Source of the DNA: a virus
Lineage: Duplodnaviria > Caudoviricetes
Strand: one strand, 5' to 3'
Virus record (IMG/VR): IMGVR_UViG_3300038365_000078
Coordinates: 1 to 35,628 of that record
Length of the DNA: 35,628 bases
Part shown: positions 17,418-25,620 of the stretch, piece by piece
Layout: every line of letters starts with the position of its first letter
Numbering within the stretch: position 1 is the stretch's first letter
Notes under the pieces: model-generated
The model's input: only the letters and a program-made list of their open reading frames with translations
Databases searched by the model: none
Told to the model about the DNA's origin: nothing
Program-made: the position numbers and the translations under genes

Positions 17418-17993
17418 TTATTGTGCTTTCACTTCCACTTCCACCGTCGCAGTCACACCAGCGGTATTGGCAAACGGAGTGGGTATGGGTCCCAAGGTTG
17501 CTGTGAAGGTGTATTTTGCAGCAGCACCTTTATTATAAGTATCTGTGTCTGCCCAAGCAGTAACCGGAACTGTTGCTTTTGATCCACCCGTAAAAGTTGC
17601 AGTTACATGTGTCGGTAATATCGCGATGACTGCATCTTTATCAGCAAAAACGGGCTCAGCAATCGTTCCGCCGTCAATGTCAGGAATGACATCAAAGGCG
17701 GTTATTTCAATTTTCATCAAGGTGATTAATGCTGTTTCGATCGCTGCAATCAGCTGTGCTTTGGTCATTCCTGCAGGATTAATACCAGCATACGGCGCAA
17801 AAGTTTCAAGCTCGGCTTTACTTAGGTAATCCCACGGAGACAGCGTATCTGAACCAGGCACAACGGTATATCCCTTGCTAGTAAACCAAGCAATTGAATC
17901 AGTATCTGCATCAGGAACAGCCGCAGCCCCATTGAAGAAATCATACCCATAATCACAGGAGTGATCTTCGTTTAACGAATATACTCTTGCCAT
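17418..17993 (-). CDS. Putative capsid decoration protein with C-terminal Ig-like domain
   Basis: Start revised to MARVYS (RBS AGGAGG); LPTHVTATF...VPVTAW...YTFTATL resembles bacterial Ig-like group 4. Confidence 0.7.
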   Translation of the reverse strand: MARVYSLNEDHSCDYGYDFFNGAAAVPDADTDSIAWFTSKGYTVVPGSDTLSPWDYLSKAELETFAPYAGINPAGMTKAQLIAAIETALITLMKIEITAFDVIPDIDGGTIAEPVFADKDAVIAILPTHVTATFTGGSKATVPVTAWADTDTYNKGAAAKYTFTATLGPIPTPFANTAGVTATVEVEVKAQ

Positions 17994-18006
17994 AATCTGT
18001 TCCTCC

Positions 18007-18963
18007 TTATTGAACTTTAATTTTGCGCAAAACACCGGCCGCTTTGGTTGCTTTCAGCGCCACAGCCGCAACCATTTCCACTTCACCGGTTTTTACCGCG
18101 CCAGCTGTAGTAAAATCAGGCAGCCAGGTTTGAACCGGAGGAACACCGGCCATGGATACTGCGTGGAAACCATCTAAAGCAAGTCTAGCAGTATACAGGG
18201 ACGTCTCACCGGTCACAGGGTTGATGGGAACGACCGGATTATTTGTTCCGGGCTGATTACCGAGATCAACAAGGGCTGTATTGCCGTACTGTTCAACTTG
18301 CTGGCCAAAATCATTCTTGGTTACCTGGTACATCCCCGCACGCCGAGCAACTGCTCGAATCTTGGCAATTAGTTTGAGGTTGCCACCGATAAACGTTGGA
18401 GTACCATCCAGCCCCATCAGGAATTCATCCAATTCATCCAGAAATGCTTGCCAATTTGCAGACACATTAGCTGAGGTATCAAGTACTATAGGCGCTGCGG
18501 GAATAACCTCAGTGGACGAACCAACCAGAGCTTTATCCAGCCCATCAAAAGCATTAGCATCCACAGCATTGTCACCATTTATTACGGTATCATTGAACAA
18601 TGCAGACGCCGCTTTGGCCTTTTGCTGGATTTGAAGGGTTACTTCATCAATAATCCCGCCCATGTTAGAAATAACACGGTCAATTTGGAAACTTCCACCA
18701 AAGACTTTCAAGTCAGTGGTGAATCTTTGTTTGTTGACTTCCTGCGGGATGTACTCAACGTTTATCGCTCTAAAGGCCGCAGTTGGCTGAGTGATCAGCC
18801 GAGTATATCCATAGGTCAACGTGGCCCCGCCCCCAGTGGGCGAAACACAATCGTCAAAGATAAGGTTATTGAACAGAAAACTGCTTTTCGCAAATTCATC
18901 AATAACCCCCATCTGAAGGGCATCTTGAACATTCAAGCTCGCTTGCGCTAAAGTTACCGGCAT
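18007..18963 (-). CDS. Major capsid protein
   Basis: 318 aa after the scaffold gene; AFRAINVEY, FGGSFQIDRV, FDGLDKAL. Confidence 0.9.
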   Translation of the reverse strand: MPVTLAQASLNVQDALQMGVIDEFAKSSFLFNNLIFDDCVSPTGGGATLTYGYTRLITQPTAAFRAINVEYIPQEVNKQRFTTDLKVFGGSFQIDRVISNMGGIIDEVTLQIQQKAKAASALFNDTVINGDNAVDANAFDGLDKALVGSSTEVIPAAPIVLDTSANVSANWQAFLDELDEFLMGLDGTPTFIGGNLKLIAKIRAVARRAGMYQVTKNDFGQQVEQYGNTALVDLGNQPGTNNPVVPINPVTGETSLYTARLALDGFHAVSMAGVPPVQTWLPDFTTAGAVKTGEVEMVAAVALKATKAAGVLRKIKVQ

Positions 18964-18982
18964 TAGTCATTACCTACCTTTC

Positions 18983-19570
18983 TTAATTTTGGGCAGATGT
19001 CAAATGTGATCGTATGGCATCTGCCAAAGTATCAGGCTTATCGCCTTTTGACGCCCCGTCCGACCCTTCTCCAGGTTTAGCCCCTTTGAAATTTGGCTTG
19101 CTGTCGGTAGCGTCAAACAAAAACTTACTATCTTCCGCTTCCTTGAGTTTCTTAATCTGGTCTTCCAGGCCTTTTACCTGGTCACCGTCGAACTCTGCTT
19201 TTTCCAAATTCAATAGAGCCCGCACTGCTTTGGTATTTTTGGCTTTGGCTGCGGTTAAAGCTAACTCTACTGCGGCATCCAATTTCACCTGTTTCAGCTT
19301 ACTTTCATATTCAGCTGTTGTAGTTTCATTGGTCTTTTGCAGCTCCTGGATCTGCTTCTGTAATTCCTGGTTGTCGCCGGCAGACTTCTTCAGGTCTTCC
19401 AGTTGCTTATCTCTGTCGACCAGCTGCTGCTTCAGGTCCTTGTTGGCGTTGTTCACCTCGTCGAACCGGGATTTTGGGATATACCCCTTCATTTCCTCGA
19501 CGACCGCCCCCAGAACCTTGTCAGCCTGCTCCTCGGTGAGACCTAAAGCTATAAGTTGTTCCTTGGTCAT
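18983..19570 (-). CDS. Capsid scaffolding protein (phage GP20 family)
   Basis: YIPKSRFDEVN, coiled coil, AKAKNTKAVRALL, GLEDQIKKLK..FLF. Confidence 0.9.
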   Translation of the reverse strand: MTKEQLIALGLTEEQADKVLGAVVEEMKGYIPKSRFDEVNNANKDLKQQLVDRDKQLEDLKKSAGDNQELQKQIQELQKTNETTTAEYESKLKQVKLDAAVELALTAAKAKNTKAVRALLNLEKAEFDGDQVKGLEDQIKKLKEAEDSKFLFDATDSKPNFKGAKPGEGSDGASKGDKPDTLADAIRSHLTSAQN

Positions 19571-19587
19571 ATAAATTCCCCTTTCAT

Positions 19588-19660
19588 CTTCACTTTTTTG
19601 TCCCGGTCGTGTCCGGTGATGTCCCGTTCTTTTTCGCCTGCGGTACCGGAAAGGCGGACA
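19588..19660 (-). ncRNA. Structured 5' leader of the scaffold gene, candidate GP20-type RNA motif
   Basis: Two hairpins (CGCCT..AGGCG 19635-19656; CCGG-ACACGA-CCGG 19603-19616), each followed by an A-run, directly upstream of a GP20 gene. Confidence 0.5.
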
Positions 19661-19661
19661 T

Positions 19662-19728
19662 AAAAATAACGCTCCCCCTGAGCGTTTTGAACAATAAAAA
19701 GCACTTACCGTTTTACCAGTAAGTGCTT
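19662..19728 (-). terminator. Two tandem intrinsic terminators after the gp7/MuF gene
   Basis: AAGCACTTAC..GTAAGTGCTTTTT and AACGCTC..GAGCGTTATTTTT. Confidence 0.75.
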
Positions 19729-20860
19729 AAATTGCCTTTTTACCTTGCTTATAGGCTTCCCTATATTTCCCGTACTGCTTCTGATCTGCGTAACGGTTCT
19801 TTTGCATCTTCTCGGCCAGAATTGCCTGGGGATTGGACTTTACATGCTTTTCATGCCACTCTTTGTAAGTCATTTTCCCATCAACATAATAAATCTTACC
19901 GTCCGCGCCCCGCGCGGCTCTGGTAGTGTAATTATCATCAAAGTACGGAGCGGTTACCGTCCGACACCGGGGATGGAAAGGCGGCGCGGTCACTCCGGGT
20001 TGGTAGTCCTTCATGTCCAACACCTTACCATCCAACTCCCGGCATATGTCCGAAGTCTTAAAATCCAGGGTAGCCACAATCTCATACTTTTCTATATCCA
20101 ATTCCTGATAAGCTAGTTTCTGCCCTTCTGCGGAGAAATAGGCGCTTTCCGTCATAACAAGCCGGCCGGCCTGGCGCTTGGATACGTTCAGGCGTTCGCT
20201 GATAGTTTTTATGGCCTGGTCCGGAGCGTCTCCCCGGATTAGGCTCTGGGTCAGGTTGCTTTGCAACTCGTTAATGAGCTTTTCTTTGTTTTCCCAGATG
20301 CGGTCAGAGAAGTTTTTGCCGTCCAAGGCCCAGGGTTTTGACGCCACCGCGTTAACCAGATCAGGTTTTAGTATTCCAAATTCAGAACCTTGCCCCAGGC
20401 CTTTCTGTACTTCATAAATAGCCTGATAATAGCTCTGGGTAAATAGCTCGGCATTCAGATCCCCCATGCTCTTATGCTGGCTGTCGGCCAGCATCTCCAA
20501 GTTATGGCGGATTTGCAGCAGCATAGCTTCATAGCGGCTGATATGCACCCGGGCGGAGGCGTTCTCCAGCTGTTTCATCCAGCGGCCGTCAACAGCGTTT
20601 GCTTCACCTTTTTCAATATACTCGGAAACAGTCCAGCGGAATTCCTCTAGTTCCCTGGCCTTCAGCATCCTTTTAGCCTCAGCCAGGGAGATGTCATTGT
20701 TTACCGCTATCCGGCGTAGCCATCTTTCAATGTCCTTTTCAATAGCAGCTGCAGCTCCCCGGTATTCTTTTTCCAGATCCCTGACGACCCCTTCACTTTT
20801 TTGGAACAAAGCGTCGTTAAGCTGAGTGAAGCGCTGCTCCCAGTATTCGCTATTCTTCAT
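19727..20860 (-). CDS. Minor head protein, SPP1 gp7/MuF family
   Basis: ATLDFKTSDICRELDG, APPFHPRCRTVTAP, MTYKEW. Confidence 0.93.
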   Translation of the reverse strand: MKNSEYWEQRFTQLNDALFQKSEGVVRDLEKEYRGAAAAIEKDIERWLRRIAVNNDISLAEAKRMLKARELEEFRWTVSEYIEKGEANAVDGRWMKQLENASARVHISRYEAMLLQIRHNLEMLADSQHKSMGDLNAELFTQSYYQAIYEVQKGLGQGSEFGILKPDLVNAVASKPWALDGKNFSDRIWENKEKLINELQSNLTQSLIRGDAPDQAIKTISERLNVSKRQAGRLVMTESAYFSAEGQKLAYQELDIEKYEIVATLDFKTSDICRELDGKVLDMKDYQPGVTAPPFHPRCRTVTAPYFDDNYTTRAARGADGKIYYVDGKMTYKEWHEKHVKSNPQAILAEKMQKNRYADQKQYGKYREAYKQGKKAI

Positions 20861-22313
20861 TGGTTCCAGCCCCCGTATTAAAAGCCTTGCCGTACTCGTC
20901 CATCCGTGCCTGTTTCTCGGCCTCCTCTTTCTTAATCCGCTTCAATTCAGCGGCGGTATCCGTTGTCCAGGGATGATTAGCCACGATAGTTTCCTGACTG
21001 ATTACCCCCTCAGACTTCTGACAGTTGCCGATAGCTTCATTCTCGTTAATCAGAATATCCCGGTTAAAGATCACTTCTACTGTTTCACCGGTAAAATCGC
21101 CTTGGCCGGTATTGGCCAGGTGCATATTAACGAACCACAGCAATTCCTCAAAAGCAGCTTGATATTCGTTCTCCATGCCATTGGCATCCAGATCCAGATC
21201 GGAGTACATGGACTGGATGTTCATCTGGTTAGGACTGTTACCCAGTTTATCCTGCTTAGCGTCAAGACCGCGGCCGTTTTCAATCAGAGCTTTTTTGAGA
21301 ATCTCCAAAATGACTTTATAGTTCTCGCTGTTAACCTCGACCTGCAGGGTCTTAAGGTCCCCGGGCGCGCCTTCTACGGTCTTGACCTTGACCGCTCCGT
21401 ACTGGGCCAGGTTGTAGCGGAATTCGCCCAGGTTCTCTCCGTCGTAGTTGATCAGCACTAGGATGGTATTCCGGGCATCCTCCTGCATGTTGTTCATGAA
21501 ATCGCTGGTAATAGTGTTGATTGCATCCTGCAGTGACTTTACCCGGCTGAGCAAAGATATTTCTTTAGCATTATATTTGAAAGCTACGAACGGGACTTTG
21601 AGCCAGTTTAATCCCTGCTTAACGCCTTCTTTTTCAAAGCTGAAATGGCTGTCGTTCGATTCGGGTATCAGCTTCTCGTTCACCAATTGGTAGTACTTAA
21701 CTCCTTCAGTGTTGTAAAACTCAACCTTTTCGATGACCTTCTTTTCTCGACCCTCGTAAACTTCCACCCCGTAAACCCGGCATACCGCATCCAGCTCGGT
21801 GTGATCGGCATCCGCCCAGAAGGGAAGGGCCTCTTCCGCCTCTATCCGCTTAAAGGTCAGCTCCCCCTGTTCGTTGTAATAAACCTGCAGCCAGGCTATC
21901 CCGCCGTTTAAGCTGTCTTCTCCGATTCTCCTTAAAACCCTTAAAAACCGGTTGTTGAACACCTGGCCTATCTTTTTGCTGTAGGCTTTATCCTCTACCT
22001 GAAAGCTCGGTTTTTTCGCCAGCAGGTAATTGACCTTCTGGTCCACCAACTTGCCATATTGATTGTCTACCAGCCTGTTGTTGGGCAGGTTGAAAACCGG
22101 GGTTTTCTTCCCGTCTTTCCCTATGACCGTACGCTGCCGGGCTAATATGTCATGCTCCCCGGCATAATACTTTTTAGCGGCCAGGGCCATCCGGCGCTGA
22201 GGGGAGTGCTTCCATTCGGCGATCTCCTTCTCCAAAAATTCCTCCAGGGTCATGCCGGCGTGATAGGCTAAATTGGCTTTGACTATATCCATCGGTGTGA
22301 TAATCGTTCTCAC
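20850..22313 (-). CDS. Portal protein, SPP1 gp6-like (start uncertain: 22313, 22304 or 22292)
   Basis: YYAGEHDIL, LVDQKVNYLL, VPFVAFKYN, MYSDLDLDAN. Confidence 0.93.
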   Translation of the reverse strand: MRTIITPMDIVKANLAYHAGMTLEEFLEKEIAEWKHSPQRRMALAAKKYYAGEHDILARQRTVIGKDGKKTPVFNLPNNRLVDNQYGKLVDQKVNYLLAKKPSFQVEDKAYSKKIGQVFNNRFLRVLRRIGEDSLNGGIAWLQVYYNEQGELTFKRIEAEEALPFWADADHTELDAVCRVYGVEVYEGREKKVIEKVEFYNTEGVKYYQLVNEKLIPESNDSHFSFEKEGVKQGLNWLKVPFVAFKYNAKEISLLSRVKSLQDAINTITSDFMNNMQEDARNTILVLINYDGENLGEFRYNLAQYGAVKVKTVEGAPGDLKTLQVEVNSENYKVILEILKKALIENGRGLDAKQDKLGNSPNQMNIQSMYSDLDLDANGMENEYQAAFEELLWFVNMHLANTGQGDFTGETVEVIFNRDILINENEAIGNCQKSEGVISQETIVANHPWTTDTAAELKRIKKEEAEKQARMDEYGKAFNTGAGTNEE

Positions 22314-22325
22314 CTCTTTCCGGAC

Positions 22326-22356
22326 AAAATAAAAGCCCTCAGTCGAAACTGAAGGC
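22326..22356 (-). terminator. Intrinsic terminator overlapping the terL stop codon
   Basis: GCCTTCAGT-TTCG-ACTGAGGGC followed by TTTTATTTT. Confidence 0.7.
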
Positions 22357-23742
22357 GGAACCCTGACCTACTTTTTCGGCTATGCCGGTGGTGCAGTCGG
22401 GAGCGTCGTCATATTTGTTTTTACCCTCCCGCTGGTAGGTGGCCATTGCATTATAGTATTCCGGCCAGCGGTCTTTCCAGTTTACCGGGAAGTAAATATG
22501 GTCCATCACCCAAGTAGCATTGGAAAGGATCCTTGCCGTCTTGTTCTTGGATTGATGAAACCATTGGACTCTGGTCTTATTGGTCTTGTATTTCTGTTTA
22601 AGAACGCGCTCCACCGCCCGGGCGAACCCGCGGCCACCGTTATTACTCTCAATATCAGCGATATTTACGCTATCTTCGTGCAGCATTTTAGCAGTGGCCG
22701 GCTCGGTTTCCTCCATCGGCGCCTTGGTGTACAGTACATTCAGGATATACGCTTCTCCGTTGTATTCTCCGTAATCAATTGAGCATAGATAATTATCACC
22801 CTCATCGGCGGTATCAGTGTAGTTTTTAATAACTATGAATAACGGGTTTCCCTTATCGTCTCGGGGGATATCGGTATAGGTCTTAAAACTGCTATACAAC
22901 CGGCCCTTGATATCTATGGGCTCCTGCTGGTAGTTGGCTGAGGCGATATCCAGCCCCATGGCCCGAGTTTTCATTTCGTACGATTCCCGGGATAGTATTT
23001 CCTTGCACAGCATGGAGCCGTCATCCCGGAGCGCTTTCATGGTCACATGCCGGCATTTCTTCTTCTCTTTCCGGAAATGTTCCAGAGCTCTGCCGGCCAG
23101 GTCCAGGGTATGCCATCTGGTCATGATGATTATGATTTTGCCGCCCTCTTCCAGGCGAGATAGCATGGTATTAGTGAACCACTCCCAGTGCTTTTCCAAG
23201 ATGTTCTCGTTATATGCCTCTTCGCTGCTTTTGATCAGGTCGTCAATAATCATCAGGGTACAGCCAAAGCCGGTAGCGGTGCCGGTTGGAGACGTAGCCA
23301 AGTAGTTTTTATAGCCGCCTTCCAAGCTCCACAGATTCATAGCCCCATCGCCCCTCTTGATGCGGACGCTGGGGAAGATGTCAGAGTATACGATCTTTTC
23401 AGGGTCAGCCTTGATCTCCTGGATACTGTCACGCACATCCTTGGAAAACGTGGTAGACAGGGTTTCATTGTAGCTGCCGATCATGACCTTGGCCTGCTGA
23501 TTTCCCCCGAAAACCCACTGAGCCAGGTTCACCGCTGTACGGGATTTGCCGTGGCGCGGCGGCAGGTTAATTACCAGTACATCGTCCTCGGACTCGTAAA
23601 AGTTTTGCAGCTCTTGGCATAAATGTACTAAATACTGCCGCTCTTCTTTGTAAAAATCAGGCGCCTTCAAATGGCAGAAATAAAAAAACTCCCGCCGGGC
23701 CAGCTCCAGACGGGCTCCTTGACGGATTTTCTCGTCAATCAT
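22339..23742 (-). CDS. terL: Terminase large subunit
   Basis: Walker A PPRHGKS, Walker B LMIIDD, IIMTRWH, nuclease YTDTAD and DDAPD. Confidence 0.95.
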   Translation of the reverse strand: MIDEKIRQGARLELARREFFYFCHLKAPDFYKEERQYLVHLCQELQNFYESEDDVLVINLPPRHGKSRTAVNLAQWVFGGNQQAKVMIGSYNETLSTTFSKDVRDSIQEIKADPEKIVYSDIFPSVRIKRGDGAMNLWSLEGGYKNYLATSPTGTATGFGCTLMIIDDLIKSSEEAYNENILEKHWEWFTNTMLSRLEEGGKIIIIMTRWHTLDLAGRALEHFRKEKKKCRHVTMKALRDDGSMLCKEILSRESYEMKTRAMGLDIASANYQQEPIDIKGRLYSSFKTYTDIPRDDKGNPLFIVIKNYTDTADEGDNYLCSIDYGEYNGEAYILNVLYTKAPMEETEPATAKMLHEDSVNIADIESNNGGRGFARAVERVLKQKYKTNKTRVQWFHQSKNKTARILSNATWVMDHIYFPVNWKDRWPEYYNAMATYQREGKNKYDDAPDCTTGIAEKVGQGSAFSFD

Positions 23743-24241
23743 CCCTGATCAACTTCTTTAACTCCTCGGTGGTCAAGCCGGCGAAGGGGTTGCCGCCGAC
23801 GTTACCGGATACGCCGATATCCCGCTTATCCCGCCATTTTTCGGGCTTCCTGTTTTTAAGCCAGAATATCTGAGCGGTTGTATCAGGCTGCACTTCTTTC
23901 TGTACAGCTTTGGTGACTACCATTTCGTAAACCGGAAAGCCGTAGATATCAGTTATTGGATTGCCTTCAGGGTCTTTTTTCAGCATACGCTCACTGGTTA
24001 CCTCGGTATATTCGTATCCCAGGGCTCTTTTTAACAGGGAATTTTCAACCTCTCGGTCAACAACCTCTTTCCCTCTTTTTAGGGCGTCCAAAAAGTCCGG
24101 ATGCCCCTTTTTGTAGGTCTCCAGAGTAGATTTACTGATCCCCAGGTTCTTCGCTATCTGTAGCTCGGTGAGGCCGTCTCTGGCCCAACCTTCAACCAGG
24201 ATTAACTTTGTTTGTACTTCCGGCCATTTGGATAAAGCCAC
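23735..24241 (-). CDS. terS: Terminase small subunit (HTH)
   Basis: GWARDGLTELQIAKNLGIS, VENSLLKRALGY, PDTTAQIFWLKNR; GTG start at 24241 behind GGAGGTGA. Confidence 0.88.
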   Translation of the reverse strand: MALSKWPEVQTKLILVEGWARDGLTELQIAKNLGISKSTLETYKKGHPDFLDALKRGKEVVDREVENSLLKRALGYEYTEVTSERMLKKDPEGNPITDIYGFPVYEMVVTKAVQKEVQPDTTAQIFWLKNRKPEKWRDKRDIGVSGNVGGNPFAGLTTEELKKLIRDD

Positions 24242-24264
24242 GGCTCTCACCTCCTTGTAGGCAT

Positions 24265-24292
24265 AAGAAAAGCCCGGTAATAATACCAGGCT
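24265..24292 (-). terminator. Intrinsic terminator directly upstream of terS
   Basis: AGCCTGGTA-TTAT-TACCGGGCT followed by TTTCTT. Confidence 0.7.
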
Positions 24293-24307
24293 ATATAAAT
24301 TAAATAA

Positions 24308-24553
24308 TTACTCGTTACCTTGCATTAACCCTAATGGTATTGGATTAAATTGAGCTATATAGCCACAACGCTTGCAAACCAATTGAATCATAGGAATTAA
24401 TGGACCAGTACCTAAAAGAGTATTTCCTTTTTCGTCAATACGTATAGCGGCGCACAAGTGTTCATTAACAATCCAATCGTTAGTTCCACAAAAAAGACAA
24501 GCGTTTTTTATCCCTTTTGCATTTAACGCAGTAACAACTTTACTTATCTCCAT
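24308..24553 (-). CDS. AT-rich moron-like small zinc-ribbon protein (CxxC...CxxC)
   Basis: CLFCG and CKRCGY; flanked by promoter-like and terminator elements. Confidence 0.75.
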   Translation of the reverse strand: MEISKVVTALNAKGIKNACLFCGTNDWIVNEHLCAAIRIDEKGNTLLGTGPLIPMIQLVCKRCGYIAQFNPIPLGLMQGNE

Positions 24554-24587
24554 TTTTTATCCGCCCCTTTCGCCGTTTTCTTTTCTT

Positions 24588-24614
24588 CTTCGACAAAAGG
24601 AAGTGATTTCCTGC
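24588..24614 (-). promoter_or_regulatory. SigH-like promoter upstream of the zinc-ribbon moron
   Basis: GCAGGAAAT-N11-GTCGAAG versus the B. subtilis SigH consensus RnAGGAwWW-N11/12-RnnGAAT (one mismatch). Confidence 0.45.
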
Positions 24615-24652
24615 AAATAAAAGTAGCTGCCTATGTGAATGCAGACAGCTAC
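24615..24652 (-). terminator. Intrinsic terminator immediately after a sigma-A promoter
   Basis: GTAGCTGTCT-N10-AGGCAGCTAC followed by TTTTATTT. Confidence 0.75.
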
Positions 24653-24659
24653 AATCATT

Positions 24660-24688
24660 ATAATAAAGCAAACAAGCGTTTGTGTCAA
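24660..24688 (-). promoter_or_regulatory. Sigma-A promoter with a LexA-like palindrome in its spacer
   Basis: TTGACA (24688-24683), 17 bp, TATTAT (24665-24660); CAAAC-N4-GTTTG at 24669-24682. Confidence 0.65.
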
Positions 24689-24988
24689 CTATATTTCTGC
24701 GTACAGCGAATTCCACTGCTCCTTGGGTGTTTGCTTCTTTCTTTTTCTGCCTTTGCTCACGCCTTTAGGCTCAATCGCCCCGCCGGCATATACTGCATCT
24801 GGAGTCTCCCGGATCATCTTTGGTTCACCAGCCGGCCACCAACAGCCATGCCCCCGCGGGCAGCAGTATCCTTGCCCTGGTATGTATTCGAGACTGACCC
24901 CACACTTGGAACATAGCCGCATCTTCTCTCTCAGGGTTACCGCCTCCTCTGCCCTTATATAATTCCGACGTAGCACCCATTTAAACAC
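24689..24988 (-). CDS. Small Cys-rich, basic hypothetical protein (start uncertain)
   Basis: CSKC...CCPRGHG and KGRKRKK; last gene of the early/middle cluster. Confidence 0.65.
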   Translation of the reverse strand: MFKWVLRRNYIRAEEAVTLREKMRLCSKCGVSLEYIPGQGYCCPRGHGCWWPAGEPKMIRETPDAVYAGGAIEPKGVSKGRKRKKQTPKEQWNSLYAEI

Positions 24989-25015
24989 GGCGCATCTTCT
25001 TTGGAATGCGCACTA

Positions 25016-25336
25016 CTAACGGGCTTCTGCCCATCCCTTAATTTTTGCCATCTTATTAAGGTCGCTTTGCGCCTCATTAAAGCTTTTACGCCAAGGCAAA
25101 TTAGCCATACATTTCCATCCTGATTTGCCGGGTTTCTGGTATCGGGCTTTGTAATTACTATTTCCAAGTCCACCCATGACTTTATATCGCCATCCACGGT
25201 TATCTATATACGTTTTTACAAACCGGCAATCAGTAATTTCAGGATTAAATGGCTTAGGTGGACATTTTGTCCTTTCCGGCTCGTTGCCGTTTGGGCACAT
25301 ACAGCATCTGTATTCCAGGTACTCTACTTTACTCAT
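25016..25336 (-). CDS. Hypothetical phage protein
   Basis: Start revised to MSKVEYLE behind GGGAGG. Confidence 0.65.
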   Translation of the reverse strand: MSKVEYLEYRCCMCPNGNEPERTKCPPKPFNPEITDCRFVKTYIDNRGWRYKVMGGLGNSNYKARYQKPGKSGWKCMANLPWRKSFNEAQSDLNKMAKIKGWAEAR

Positions 25337-25380
25337 CTTACCGTTCCTCCCCTTCTTCGCATAAATAACAGAATCCGCAA

Positions 25381-25584
25381 CTACTCGGCCGTATTTTCGT
25401 ATCCTCCGCAGCCCTGGCACTCGTTATTTCCGTCACAGCCGCGGCAATAAAAATCATCACTGTTACAGTCGTTGGCTAAACCACACCCTGTAATTTCATC
25501 CCCATAAGAACCAGATACGTAGTAAAACTTACATGTATCACAAAGACACGTTCCGGGAATAGCTTTTACAATCGAATTAATCAA
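25381..25584 (-). CDS. Small Cys-rich hypothetical protein
   Basis: TTG start behind GGAGGG; nine Cys in 67 aa. Confidence 0.55.
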   Translation of the reverse strand: MINSIVKAIPGTCLCDTCKFYYVSGSYGDEITGCGLANDCNSDDFYCRGCDGNNECQGCGGYENTAE

Positions 25585-25620
25585 GGTTTTCCCTCCTTCG
25601 CATTTATAACAGACTACGTC

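Noticed and set aside
19727-19900. MuF polymorphic toxin C-terminal domain
   Set aside because: The protein ends about 45 aa after MTYKEW with no toxin-sized extension, and no immunity ORF follows
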